DNA from: Neophaeotheca triangularis
Taxonomy: Eukaryota
NCBI GenBank assembly: GCA_054600435.1
Contig: BAAIJX010000024.1
Span: 186,001 to 250,000 of the forward strand
Reading direction: 5' to 3'
Length of the DNA stretch: 64,000 nucleotides
Under the pieces are notes generated by a model, which was not told the origin of the DNA, did no database searches, and saw only the letters and a list, made by a program, of their open reading frames with translations. Below, in pieces: positions 1 through 11,103 of this stretch. Each line of letters opens with the position of its first letter. The first letter of the stretch is position 1. Both the position numbers and the translations under genes were made by a program.

Positions 1-15
1 ACAGCAAGAAAAATA

Positions 16-396
16 ATGCACCAAAACCTCATCACCCTAGCCCTTGCCCTCGCGTTGACCGCGAGCGCACTACCCACCGGCACGCATACATCACTAGTCC
101 CCAACCTCTCAAACCCAACCGACCTCGACCCAGAGCTAGCAGCCGACATGGCTTTCGCCCAAAACGAGGATGAAGCCGACGCCGCGCCCGAGTTCGAGTT
201 CGACGCCTACGACGACGACGTTGCCGAGTTCCTCGAGCCCGAAGGCCACGATGTCGTGGACGAGGACTTGAAGCTTTTCGAGCGCGAGTTGGAAGCTCAG
301 GTCGCACGGATGGAGGCCGAGATGGGGGAAGTGGAGGTTGATTACAGTGGGGAGGGGTATGGGGACTTGGAGGAGCTGGAGGAAGAGGACGAGTAA
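16..396 (+). CDS. Small secreted, highly acidic protein of unknown function
   Basis: 126-aa ORF with a hydrophobic signal-peptide-like N-terminus (LITLALALALTASALP) and a D/E-rich remainder; codon usage like neighbouring genes. Confidence 0.7.
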   Translation: MHQNLITLALALALTASALPTGTHTSLVPNLSNPTDLDPELAADMAFAQNEDEADAAPEFEFDAYDDDVAEFLEPEGHDVVDEDLKLFERELEAQVARMEAEMGEVEVDYSGEGYGDLEELEEEDE

Positions 397-1540
397 GGGG
401 GAGAGAAGGCCCGGGTCGGGCAGGCGCTTATGGAGGGCGTCGATTGCGGTTGCGATTGAGCGCGGAAGTAGATTTTGACGTACTTGTTTACCTTGAGGAA
501 CTCTTTTTGCGGACCTGTGCTCGGTTTCTCGTTTTTCGGCTCTCGTGATGCTTGTGTTTGATATCCAAGCACTACCGTGCCGGACTGGAGCATGGAGTCT
601 ACGCGGCGGATTTCAGCTGTTTTCGCTCAAGGGGTCCGACTATAGTTTGAGGTCGTTCTTTGTAGCCTGTATAGGACTTTTCAAATCGACGTCGGTGATG
701 CTCAGTGTGCTTCTCTTCTATGAATGTGTTTCGAGGCTTGCACATCTTCCTAACGCACGGCTTTCTGCATCGGTCGTAAACGTGATTACTGACTGAACTC
801 TCTGTTCGAGCTGCCGCGTAGTTTTTTATCTGTGATGGCTTTGAGTGCGGTCCTCCGTTTGGCGTGACTTGTCGCGTTGGTGCACTCTGCCGTTTTCCCT
901 GGCCTCTGTTTGAGGCAGGAGTAGATACGCCAGGACTCGATCCTTTTGCGTCTTTTCGTCTTTTTATAAGGGGTGTGCAGGGTTTGTGAAACCCCACCCC
1001 TGTCCACTGGGCTGAGTGCATGCGGTACTCATGCAGTACCTGGTACTGCACAGTCTGCTCACAGTCAGACATCCTGGAGAATTATTTGTAGCCTCTTGCT
1101 TATCCTTAGGTGAAGATCGTCTTGACCATTTTTCTAGTGGCGTGATGTTGCATATCAAAATAACGATAAGTAGTTATGCTTTTGACAGGCATGTCAGACT
1201 GAAGAGATGGAAGCATGGATGATAAGAGTAGAGTTGAAGGTTTGGACGCCACAGATGTAATGAAGCATCAGGAACGCGAGGTTGCTTCGGACTAGGTAGG
1301 CCCGCAGACATCGGAACCCCTGGTGCCGTTACGCCGACTTGTCAAGCGAGTGCCACCTGCAATGCCAACGTTCGAACACAAGTACCTTTTATATATGGGG
1401 AGAGCAGTTGGACCAACGAGCAAACGAGTAGCAAGACGACCTCGAGCTTGATGGACCGCGAGGGATAGATTACCTAGGTTACTACTTGTTACTAGGTAGG
1501 AAAAGAGCAGGTGGGTGTGTCTTGCATTATTGTCCCTAGG

Positions 1541-1581
1541 TATATTATTGTTATTGTTATGATTATGATCATTATTATTAT
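1541..1581. repeat. Imperfect (TTA/TTG/TGA)n AT-rich microsatellite
   Basis: tatattattgttattgttatgattatgatcattattattat read directly. Confidence 0.8.
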
Positions 1582-2239
1582 CGCACATGGCCAAGATAAT
1601 AAGGCGTCACTTGGCAGGAGCGCTGGCGAGGCAGCCAATGAAAGAGGGTATAGGCGTGCATAAAGATGAAAGCCGCGGGCTGTTGCAGGTCTAGCTTGGA
1701 CAAGATTCAAGACTAGCAGGAAATGGAACGAGTGAAAATGCTGGGCGGCTGGGCTTCTCACTATTATACTAGTACTTCCTCAGAGAGAGACGGCAGAGGC
1801 GATTCAACAAACATCGATTCCTCTAGTTTTAACGTTATTACCTGAACTTAGCCTGCCCCCAAACTCCGTCGCCGTCGTCCCGTTGCCGTCCATTCCTCTG
1901 CTTTGCCCTCTCTCTCTTCACAACCTTGGACGTCGGCCATCATCGTATTTGCCATCTCTGCCCTGCCCACTCTCGCTGCCATTTCACAAACTCTTTAATA
2001 TTTGTGGCCATTGATAATAATACCGACGTAACATCACTACCGTACCGTCGCTACCGGCTTCCATACCACCAACCCACCTCCTCACCTCCTGACCTCTACC
2101 GTCCGTCAACCCAGCAGACGCAAATCTCCACAACCCACCACCTCCTCCCTCTCAAAAGTGTACCAGTCGCTACGTAGCACCAAACAGCACCACCGCCGCT
2201 CGCTCGCCAATTCCACCACAGACCCCCTGAATACCCAGT

Positions 2240-2312
2240 CACAACTACACCCACAACCACACCCACAACCACACCCACAACCACACCCACAACTACACCC
2301 ACAACCACAACC
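2240..2312. repeat. (CCACAA/CCACAC)n hexamer tandem repeat immediately upstream of the ATG at 2313
   Basis: About 12 imperfect hexamer units read directly. Confidence 0.9.
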
Positions 2313-2795
2313 ATGTACCTCGACCGCCGCGCCAACGAAAACGAAACCGCCATCCCTCACGGCGCCATCATCGTCATCGTCATCGTAGCCGCCGGCGCCG
2401 CCGTCCTCTGCGCCTGGGCAATCACCTCGCGCTTCGGCCACGGCGCTGTGCAACGCACTTTCAACTCACCCTCCGGCAACGGCGGCATGACGCAAGCCCA
2501 GTACATGCGCGACGTACGCATGCGCAACGTCGAGAGCTTGCAAGGCGCCGCTCCGTACGGTAGGAGTGGTGGAGGTGGCGGTGGCATGCCGCCAAGGAGG
2601 GAGAGCAGTTTCGCCGGTTTTAGCGCTGTCGGTGGTGGCTACAGTGGGCGTGAGACTCCTGGGTATTACGGTGGGCAGGAGACGCCCGGATATGGGGGTA
2701 GGGGGAGCGTGGAGCCTGGCGTGGAGATGGGGAGGGGCCAGCGGTATGAGGATGTATACTCGCCGGAGGGGAGTGAGGATGGTCGTCGCTACTAG
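2313..2795 (+). CDS. Small single-pass membrane protein with Gly-rich tail
   Basis: 160-aa ORF, one hydrophobic segment (GAIIVIVIVAAGAAVLCAWAI), good start context (ACCATG), internal repeat GRETPGYYGGQETPGYGG. Confidence 0.75.
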   Translation: MYLDRRANENETAIPHGAIIVIVIVAAGAAVLCAWAITSRFGHGAVQRTFNSPSGNGGMTQAQYMRDVRMRNVESLQGAAPYGRSGGGGGGMPPRRESSFAGFSAVGGGYSGRETPGYYGGQETPGYGGRGSVEPGVEMGRGQRYEDVYSPEGSEDGRRY

Positions 2796-3782
2796 GTGTG
2801 GGTTGAAGGGTTGCTTTGCTTTTGGATTGAGTAATCGGCGTTGCGGGTTTGTTCGAATTCTGCTGGGGGGATTGGGTTTGGGGTTACTAGGGACGGACTG
2901 CTCTGGCCGTCAGCGACTGACTGGTTCAGGACGTTTCTCTCCAGACTCGAGTCGCCGATGCGCCACTCGACAAGACTGGCCGTGACAAAGTATGATGGAT
3001 GGGTGGAGGAAGTCGGGGGTTTCACGCTGGCCAAGTGCTGGTCGGATGTACCCTGGGGGGCGGCACACGGAGCCGTCTAGGACTAAATCCACACGAAACG
3101 AACATTGATTGTTGCCCTTCTGTAGCTAGCGGGAATGCATTTGGAGGAGTTGTCTCTAAAATGCTAACAAGACACCTCTTAAGGGATGTCTTTACAGTAC
3201 CTGCAATGCTTCTGTACATAGCCTTGCAAATTACCGCCATTTATTACTGCTCGCATGGACCGTTCAATCTTCCCCTCCCCACCTTCTCGCCTTGTTTTGG
3301 AAAGTCCTACATACTTAACCATCAGCGAAACGTCTCCTCAAGCCATGGCGTACCTAAATCTCACATTTGAGACGCTCATTATGTACCTATAACATACAGG
3401 TGGCTTTATCAATCACCGTCACTTATATGAGCAGGCACCCGGGCAAATGGCAAACCTCGGCTTTGTCTGCAGCCACAGTTTGGATTTTGACTTCAGACAG
3501 GTCCCGACGATCAGCTCGACCGGACAACTGTAAGATAGGTAGCTATCCAGTGATGAGCCAGTCTCTAGTCGACGACATTAAGCCCCTCACTCCCTATTTA
3601 ACTGTTCGTGATTCACAAAAGGTAAGCTGTCTCTCTAGATGTGAGCTGCAGTCTCTCAGCATTCTCCCTCCATTTCAATATTTCCAACAACCAAAACGAC
3701 TCTCCTCTCAACCCCCACCTACCCTTTGACCTCCAACCCCTCTGACCTCCCCAAAATCACCCCGCCTCCAACCAACCCAATC

Positions 3783-4763
3783 ATGGCCGAAGTCCGCCAA
3801 CGCAAACCCGCCAACGCCAACGACAACAAAAAGGCCCCCTCCAACCGCCACAACTCCCCCAACCGCGCAACTCAAGACCCAATCCTCGGCACCAACTCCC
3901 CCCTCCTCACCCTAATCTTCGGCCCAGGAATCCTCCTAGCCCTCCTAGCCTACGGCGGCTACCACTTCTACAACAACAGTACCTTCTCCCAAGCCAACAG
4001 CAACCGCAAACCCCTGACCGCACGCAATGCCGAAACCCAGCCCCCGCCCTCATCCAGCCCCAGCCCGGCCTCTCAACTCCACCTCACCGACTCCGCCCTC
4101 CGGCCCCACGACGGCACCAACCCAGACCTCCCCCTCTACCTCGCCATCAACGGCACCATCTACGACGTCAGCGCCTCCCCCTCTTTCTACGGCCCCGGGG
4201 GGCCCTATGGCCACTTCGCCGGCCGCGACGCCTCACGCGCCTGGGTCACCGAGTGCTGGGACGACGAAGCGCAACTGACCTGGGACATGAGCGGGGTGGA
4301 AGAGATGTTCACGCCGCGGTGGATGGACGAGGAAATGGAAGAGGCGGCCGAGGGCAAAGTCGCGGGCGAGACTACCGACGAGGACGAGGGCATGAAAGCG
4401 ATGGTTGTGGAGCGCGCGAGAGCGGTGGTGGAGAAGCTTGGGAAAGTCGGGGCTGCGGAGCGGGAGAAGCGGCGGGTGCGGGATTCGGCTGAGGCGAGCG
4501 AGGCCGTCGGCAAGGCGCTGGCGCATTGGGTTGGGTTTTTTGACCGCAGTGCCAAGTATCGTGTTGTTGGGACTGTGGATACTAGGGAGAGGTCGGAGGG
4601 AGCGGGGGTGCCGCCGATTTGTGAGCAGGCGCTTAAGAAGAGGCCGATCAAGGGGGGCAAGTTGCAGGGGATTATTGATGCTCAGGCGCCTGGCATGGCT
4701 GGGGGTGCGCCGGATGGGGAGGCGAAGAAGCCTGAGTTTGTTAGGGGGGCGGTTAAGGAGTGA
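3783..4763 (+). CDS. Cytochrome b5-like heme/steroid-binding domain protein (MAPR family)
   Basis: TM helix followed by LRPHDGTNPDLPLYLAINGTIYDVS...FYGPGGPYGHFAGRDASRAWVT, the MAPR signature. Start placed at ATG 3783 (MAEVRQRK) rather than the TTG in the ORF track. Confidence 0.9.
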   Translation: MAEVRQRKPANANDNKKAPSNRHNSPNRATQDPILGTNSPLLTLIFGPGILLALLAYGGYHFYNNSTFSQANSNRKPLTARNAETQPPPSSSPSPASQLHLTDSALRPHDGTNPDLPLYLAINGTIYDVSASPSFYGPGGPYGHFAGRDASRAWVTECWDDEAQLTWDMSGVEEMFTPRWMDEEMEEAAEGKVAGETTDEDEGMKAMVVERARAVVEKLGKVGAAEREKRRVRDSAEASEAVGKALAHWVGFFDRSAKYRVVGTVDTRERSEGAGVPPICEQALKKRPIKGGKLQGIIDAQAPGMAGGAPDGEAKKPEFVRGAVKE

Positions 4764-5627
4764 TTTTTCAATGGTTGGGGTGCGGAGTAGGGGGTTGATT
4801 GGAGATTATCGCAGGTATGCAGTTTTGGTAGAAGACAGTGGTTGGAAATTCGCTGTATAGTAGTGATGATTGGGGAGGTGATTGTTTGCAAGCTCGTCGT
4901 CTGTATTGCAGCAGTTAGGTAGCCGTGTAGTTTGACGAAAAGTGTCGATAACTTTCACCAGATCTGTCCATGACTTGCCATAACTTCCAATGGGCATTGA
5001 ACTTTGGTCGCTATGCAAAAGGTAACACTCTCCAAAGCTGATTGAACACAATGCGGCATTCTTCGTAGAGCAGCAATTACCGCTCTAATGAATTTTGGTA
5101 AAGGGCCACTTTCTCTACCTCTCTCGCTTTGCATAAATGGCTGTCAGGGGGGGCCTCATCGTACTCCAGACCTCTGCTCGAAAGATACACGTGAGTTTCT
5201 GAGAGCTGGAACTGGTAATGTCTGGAGCAAGATGGAAGCCGATTGATGAATGTATGTATTAGTACGTATGTAGCTGTGGCGGTGCTTCGGGAAGCCGACA
5301 TCGTTTGTCCGTCCCACATGTGTTGCCTCTCGCTCCTTGATGTCTTTCATTCATGCTGACTATATTTCCGTGACACTACTACATCTAAGAACATCGTCAT
5401 CTAGACCGATTTGAACTCCTATTGAGACTCATTTCAGATCTACTCAATCTCGGACCCTACTCTTTGCAGACCTCGTACAACACTTGCGACACCCCACGTG
5501 CTAGGCCACGAATACCGCAAACGAACACCCAAACCACTACGCCTCGAACCTCAGCGCGCAACGAGCATCAACCAAGCCTGGCCACAACCTCCAAGTCCCC
5601 CCACTCCCTCCCAGAGCTCAAAGAAAA

Positions 5628-6224
5628 ATGGCAGACCAAAGCATCAACATCCCCCAAATCCTCGCCGTCGCACTGGTCGGCTTCCTAGCCATCCGCTGGT
5701 ACATGAACAAGCCCACGGACCCCTCAGGCCCTCCCAACAACAACAACACTAGCAGCGCCGCTTCAAGACAAGTCGACGTCGCCAAAGTCGAGCAAGTCGC
5801 TTCCATGTTCCCGCAGCTGGACCGCCGCAGTATCGCGTGGGATTTACAACGGAATGGGGGTAATGTCGGGGCCACGACGGAGCGGGTTTTGAGCGGGAGA
5901 GCGCTCGAGACGCCGCCACCAGCTTTCCGGCCGGTTTTGCCCGCCGCTCCTGCCGCCGAGGGAGTGACGGCTAGGCAGGGCCGTGGAAGTGCTGCTGCTG
6001 CTGCTGCTGGCTCGCAGCCGGATTTGATCACGAGGTATAATTTGCAGGCTAGGGTTGCTGGGAAGGGGAAGGAGCCTGTGGCCAGTGAGGAGCAGAAGCG
6101 ACAGGGGGCGGGCTGGAGTGGGGATAAGAGTGCTAGGGCTGAGGGGTTGAGGAAGAGGAGGGAGGAGATGATTTTGGAGGCGCGGAGGAAGATGTTGGAG
6201 AAGGAGCAGGGGGAGGCCGCGTGA
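5628..6224 (+). CDS. CUE1: Cue1/Cue4-like ERAD CUE-domain protein
   Basis: N-terminal TM anchor, CUE motif VEQVASMFPQLDRRSIAWDLQRNGGNVGATTERVL, C-terminal RREEMILEARRKM resembling the Ubc7-binding region. Confidence 0.85.
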   Translation: MADQSINIPQILAVALVGFLAIRWYMNKPTDPSGPPNNNNTSSAASRQVDVAKVEQVASMFPQLDRRSIAWDLQRNGGNVGATTERVLSGRALETPPPAFRPVLPAAPAAEGVTARQGRGSAAAAAAGSQPDLITRYNLQARVAGKGKEPVASEEQKRQGAGWSGDKSARAEGLRKRREEMILEARRKMLEKEQGEAA

Positions 6225-6949
6225 GTGAGGTCGATGGAATGTGATTCTGGAGGCTGGTCTTTTTTTTGCTGAGCGTTTCTGCGTGGGGTGGGTGGGTGGG
6301 TTGCGATGTGGTGTTTTTGCTCGGATTTGGTGGGAGGTCTGGTGCATAGCATAGCGGGCGAGAAATAGTGCTGCTTCGCGATGGCCCGTACATATGTCCA
6401 TGCGGTGTTCCTGACCTTTTTCTCCTCGTACGTAGTCACTCACGAGCCCCTTCTCGACTCATCGCCAGTCACGTGCTGCTCGTTATCAGTAACGCCTTAT
6501 CTGAAAGCTCGCGCACCGCCACGAGCGCCACAGCTTGAGCTCAACCTCACCAAGCTCGCCCGTCCAAACTTCCACAACTTAACCGCATCCTCGCTTCGAA
6601 ACATTGCTTATACAACCTTTCTCTCGTCTTTCGACTTGCTACGCTACCTTCGAAACTGAGTTCGCTTGACCACTGTCCGCTAAGAAGCGAAACCAACGAA
6701 AAGTGAGCCGCGCGCAATCAGGCGCAAGACTCCGCAATCATGAACTCCCGCGCTGGAGGTAAGAGTCCCTCTGCCCTTCGCTCTCCTTACCCTCATCTCC
6801 CCCGGCCAATGCCAAATAGAAGCCCTCTCCCCTCCTCAAACACACCACCATCGGCTCCTTACACCCTCCCCATCCCAAAACCCCCACAAAACAACTAACC
6901 GCCCCAACCACCATTAGGACCCCATCCCAACCAACGCGCAAACTACGGC

Positions 6950-9446
6950 ATGCCCCACCAAAACAACCCCAACACTACCGCTACCGCAGCTGCAACCGGT
7001 AACGTCAATTTCGCAAACCCCTCTCGTCAACAACCTCTAGGTTCCACGGGCGCTGCGGGACGCTTGCAACAGCAACAACAACAACAGCAACAGCAAGGGA
7101 ACACCGCTCCCAACCAAAAGAATGCCGCGAGTGCGGGCTTGAGTAACGGCTGGAACGCGGGTTTTGGGAGCGGGGCGGGCGGGTTTGGTGCCGGAGGTGG
7201 TGGTGGCCCCGGTGCTTTTGGGGGTTTGGCGGGGGGCGCGCCGGGTTTGGGAAGCGCACAGCAGGCGCAGGGACAGGCACAGGGACAGGGACAGGCACAG
7301 GCACAGGGCAGGACGGGACAGTTGAGTGGGTTTGCGCAGGTCATGGGCGGCGGGGGCGGTGGGGGGCAGGGCTTGGATATGAGGTGAGCCTTTTTTTTCT
7401 TTTTCTTCCTTTGGTGTGGTTTTTTCTTTGGGGTTGGAGTCGGGCTTTGGCTTTTGCGATTTGCGTGTAGGTTTTGAGGATGAGATGGGAGTTGCCATGA
7501 GGTGGAACTTGTTCTGGGTTCGGCGGGTTGAAGCAGAGCGGACTATGTTGGACTGCGAACAGACGCCCGGATTGGACTGGCTAGGACCGTTCTGCCTCAG
7601 CATTGCGCTCGTATCTGGACTGTTCTATGGGCTCTCGAACTGGACGCCGGGAGCAGACTCAATCACGGATGTCGGACGATCGCATCGCTTCTTATCAAAG
7701 TTGGCTCATTTTCTTTTGAGATGGATACTGCTTCTGCTGCAACGGAGTTGCGGACGTTCAACCGACATCGACCAGCACTATCGACGGTGCTTTTATCAAG
7801 GAGTGCCGTTGGTTTGACTTTCCTGCTTCTTTGGAAGAGTGTCGATCAAGTTGCCAGTCTGGACTTGCCTTGGAATCCACGAAAGCCGCTTCCTGGATAT
7901 GCCATCGCTCTTTGCTTTTGAGCTGCACGCACGCCTCGCTCTAACTCTCTTCAACCCCTTCTCGTTTCCATCTCTTCCAGCACGTCTTTTCGGAGAGATA
8001 AACATGCGCCGATCAGATAGCCTCCCTACAGAGGGAAAGCCTTGGCAAGAACTCGTTGCTAACGTGCAATCCTTTAGTGACTTCCCCAGCCTCTCAGGTG
8101 GTCCTCAACCCACAAGCAGCGCTGCATCCGCATGGAATAGCAACAACATCCGCCAACAAAGACCTCCCCAGACACAGCAACCCCAGCAACCGCAACAACC
8201 TCCACCACAACAAAGAGCGTCCTCAGTAGCACCTTCGCAACACTCACTCGACAACAGCGAGAGCATTCGGTCGCAGCAACCATCGGGCAACGATTGGCCG
8301 GCGTCGAGCGTTCAGTCGAATGGCGACAATTACCGACACGGTGCAGGCATTACGTTCCAGCAAAATCAACAAGCTCCCATCGGCCAAGGCCAGCAACCCA
8401 ACCCACAAGTACATCAGAATGGCTTTGGGGCAGCGCCAATGACAGAGTCACCCATATCAGCATCCAACCCTCCACAACAGAAGCCCTCTCAAGGCGTGCC
8501 TAACGGTCAACAACAATCGCGTGACAAGCCCATTAAGAGATACGCCGACATGGACGAAGAGGAGAAGTACGGACTAGCAGGCCTTACAGCAGCCTTCGAA
8601 GCCCGCAAGCAAGCAGAGAGTGGAGGACAAGTCGACGAGACACTGCCAGCGACAATGCGTAGCGCACTCTTCATGGGTCAAGATCTACAATCACTAGGCA
8701 TGGACCTCGACAGCGCGGAGCCAATGCACACTACTTTCACACCGTTCCCCTCAGCGGCCAGTGGTGCTTCCGCTTACGACTTTCATGACCGCCACATGAT
8801 TCCCGACTTCACCCTCCCAGCCGCCTACACCGTTACCAACGTCCCACCCATCCAACAACGCATCGGCGTCTTCAGCGATGGTAAGCCTCCCAACCCAACT
8901 CCTCACCCTCACCACCCCACTAACTCCCAACTCTTCCATATAGAAACCCTCTTTTCAATCTTCTACCAAAATCCCCGCAGCATGCTGCAAGAAATCGCCG
9001 CCGTCGAGCTCACCGTCCGCGACTGGCGCTACCACACCATCCTGCGCCAATGGCTTCAAAAGGACTCGCGCGAAAACAACGCCACGGCCTCGGCCCTCTC
9101 CATCGTCGACCTCACCAACGGCAGCCCCATCAACCAAGACCCCGTCCGCATGTCCCAGCACACGGAAAAGGGCGTCTACATCTTCTTCGACGCCATGAAC
9201 TGGCGTCGCGAGCGCAGGGAGTTCGTCCTCGATTGGGAGCAACTCGACGACCGCGGCGTGGGCGGCGGCAGTGGCAGTGGCAGTGGATCTGCGGCTGGTA
9301 GCGTGAGTATGCTTGGACGTGGTGCGCCGGGGCTCGAGCAGCGCGTGCTTTCGGCTGGCTCCGCGGCGGGTGCTGCTGGCGCTGGGAGTGCCGGTTTGGC
9401 GCCGAGTGGCATGGGTTCTTCGGGGATCGTTGCTAACAATGCTTGA
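6950..9446 (+). CDS. NOT2: CCR4-NOT complex subunit NOT2 (NOT2/3/5 family); introns 7384-8077 and 8881-8943
   Basis: Exon 1 ends ATG AG|GTGAGC and exon 2 starts after GCTAAC..TTTAG, giving MSDFPSL. Motifs KYGLAGL, MGQDLQSLGMDLDS, PDFTLPAAYTV, ETLFSIFYQNP..LQEIAAVEL..RDWRYH and GVYIFFD..NWRRERREF are the NOT2 NOT-box. Confidence 0.9.
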
Positions 9447-11103
9447 CTTTGAAGGAGTATGGGTATTTTTCCGGCAGCAGCTCGACGCAAATGGGGTGGG
9501 AGGAGGGGAGCTATGGTTTTGATCAAGAGCAGTACGATGGAGGAGGCTATGAGGGTGCTGTGGTGGGCGGAACGCCGCATCTTCTTCAGAGGGTTGTGAC
9601 CCCCTATGTCCCCGGTGAGCCTTCGGATCAGCAGGTCTTGGCTTTGGGCCCGTCGTTGCTTGGGAGATTGGCGCTTTGGGAGGATGAGGATGGGGAGGTT
9701 TGATGTGAGAAGTTTTGGTTGCTGTGTTTGGGGGTGCAGCTAGTTGGTGGGATTATGGGCTGGTTGGCGTTTTTTTTTTGGGGGGGGTGTGGGGGGGCGC
9801 GCTTGTCTACTCAATAGATGAGTTGGGTTTGGTTGGGGTGTATTTTACTCTGCAAAAGGAGTTGATATGGGTGCTGGGATTGGGCGTAAGAAGCTCCGCG
9901 TCTAGTTCAGCGAGATCGGACAATGCGACTGCAAGAGCTTTCATACTGAGTGAGATGCTGGCTTCGTGAAGTATTAGTCCCTCTCCGGCTACTGAGCTTA
10001 CCCCTGAACATGAAAAAAGGGGCCAAGGTCTCAGCGCTTGCCTGCAGCTGAGCGCGAGCACAATATGCCCACACCGTGCCATCTACAAAAAGATATTTGC
10101 CTTGGTCGAAGAATCGCATGGTAGGCAAGTGAGTCTCCCACTCCAAAGCCTTCTTAGTCGAGACTCGCACACTGTCGCAACGCATGGTTTGCCAGGCCGT
10201 GCCGGAAAGGCCTACAAGGTCACTTCTTAAAAGAAGCAAAGGACGCAGTGCACGCTAGACTAGGAGTAGCAATCGTATCGGTGGGAAATCAAGGCAGGCC
10301 TACCCTCCGTTGGATAATGTGCATTGTTCCGTCCCTCGCGTCTCTCAGTGTCTGTGTCGGCAGGTCTCAGAAAGCAGTGGCTTTCGCTCTCAAAGTCAAC
10401 GTCCCGCTCGCTCACTTCTGCTCGCTGGAAGATGTCTCCACGCCACTCAGCAGGACGCTCCGTCGTGCTTGCTAGCGTACTCCGTCTGCACGGCTGCGAA
10501 CCGAGTCTTTTCTCAAAGATCGATTGTCACTAAGGGTCGGCCTGGGCTGCCTGAGATGAATGTTGCGCGCCCTGATCTACAATGGAATTTAATGCCTCCC
10601 TGGACCATGTTGTGGCTTTAATAAAGGTGCAGAAATTTTCAGAATACTTCTCCAAGTGCATCAAGGATGTCTGTCAATGGGGGATTTGTTCCAAGTATCA
10701 GACGTGTTGGATCTAGGGGCTCGTACGTAAGCGTGAGGCAAGCGAGGTGGCGCCCGGGGGGTGGGGGGGTCAACGGTGATACGGGGACCATGGTGGCTGG
10801 AACAGGACTGGTGTCGATGATGATGAACGGGATGCCGGTTGAGTGCTACAAAGCGGCAGTTGGAACCGTTGGACTATGTTCCATTGCTAGAACATCTCAT
10901 TCAAAACTAGCGGAAGACGTCCCGCGGTCAGGCCTGTAGTTAGTGAACGACCTCATGATGCCAATGTCCTAGGCTCGATGCGTGCGTGGAGACGACTCTA
11001 CTTTTGCTATATCGAAATGTCGCGGAATGTAACTAGTACGCCGAAGCCCCTTAAACGCGACGCAGTTGACTTGGTGGTCGTCGGGCCCCGTGGAGCCTGG
11101 CCC

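Noticed and set aside
2240..2312. CRISPR-like or telomeric array
   Set aside because: Simple hexamer microsatellite without spacers, not TTAGGG, in a eukaryotic context.
7839..8077. N-terminal extension of the 535-aa track ORF as the NOT2 start
   Set aside because: It begins at a GTG inside intron 1; the spliced model from ATG 6950 restores the MSDFP motif.
7384..8077. Intronic box C/D snoRNA in NOT2
   Set aside because: No convincing RTGATGA...CTGA pair found by eye; an H/ACA RNA cannot be excluded without a covariance search.
9443..9969. Short ORFs directly after NOT2
   Set aside because: TTG starts, G/T-rich 3'-flank composition and no recognisable domain.
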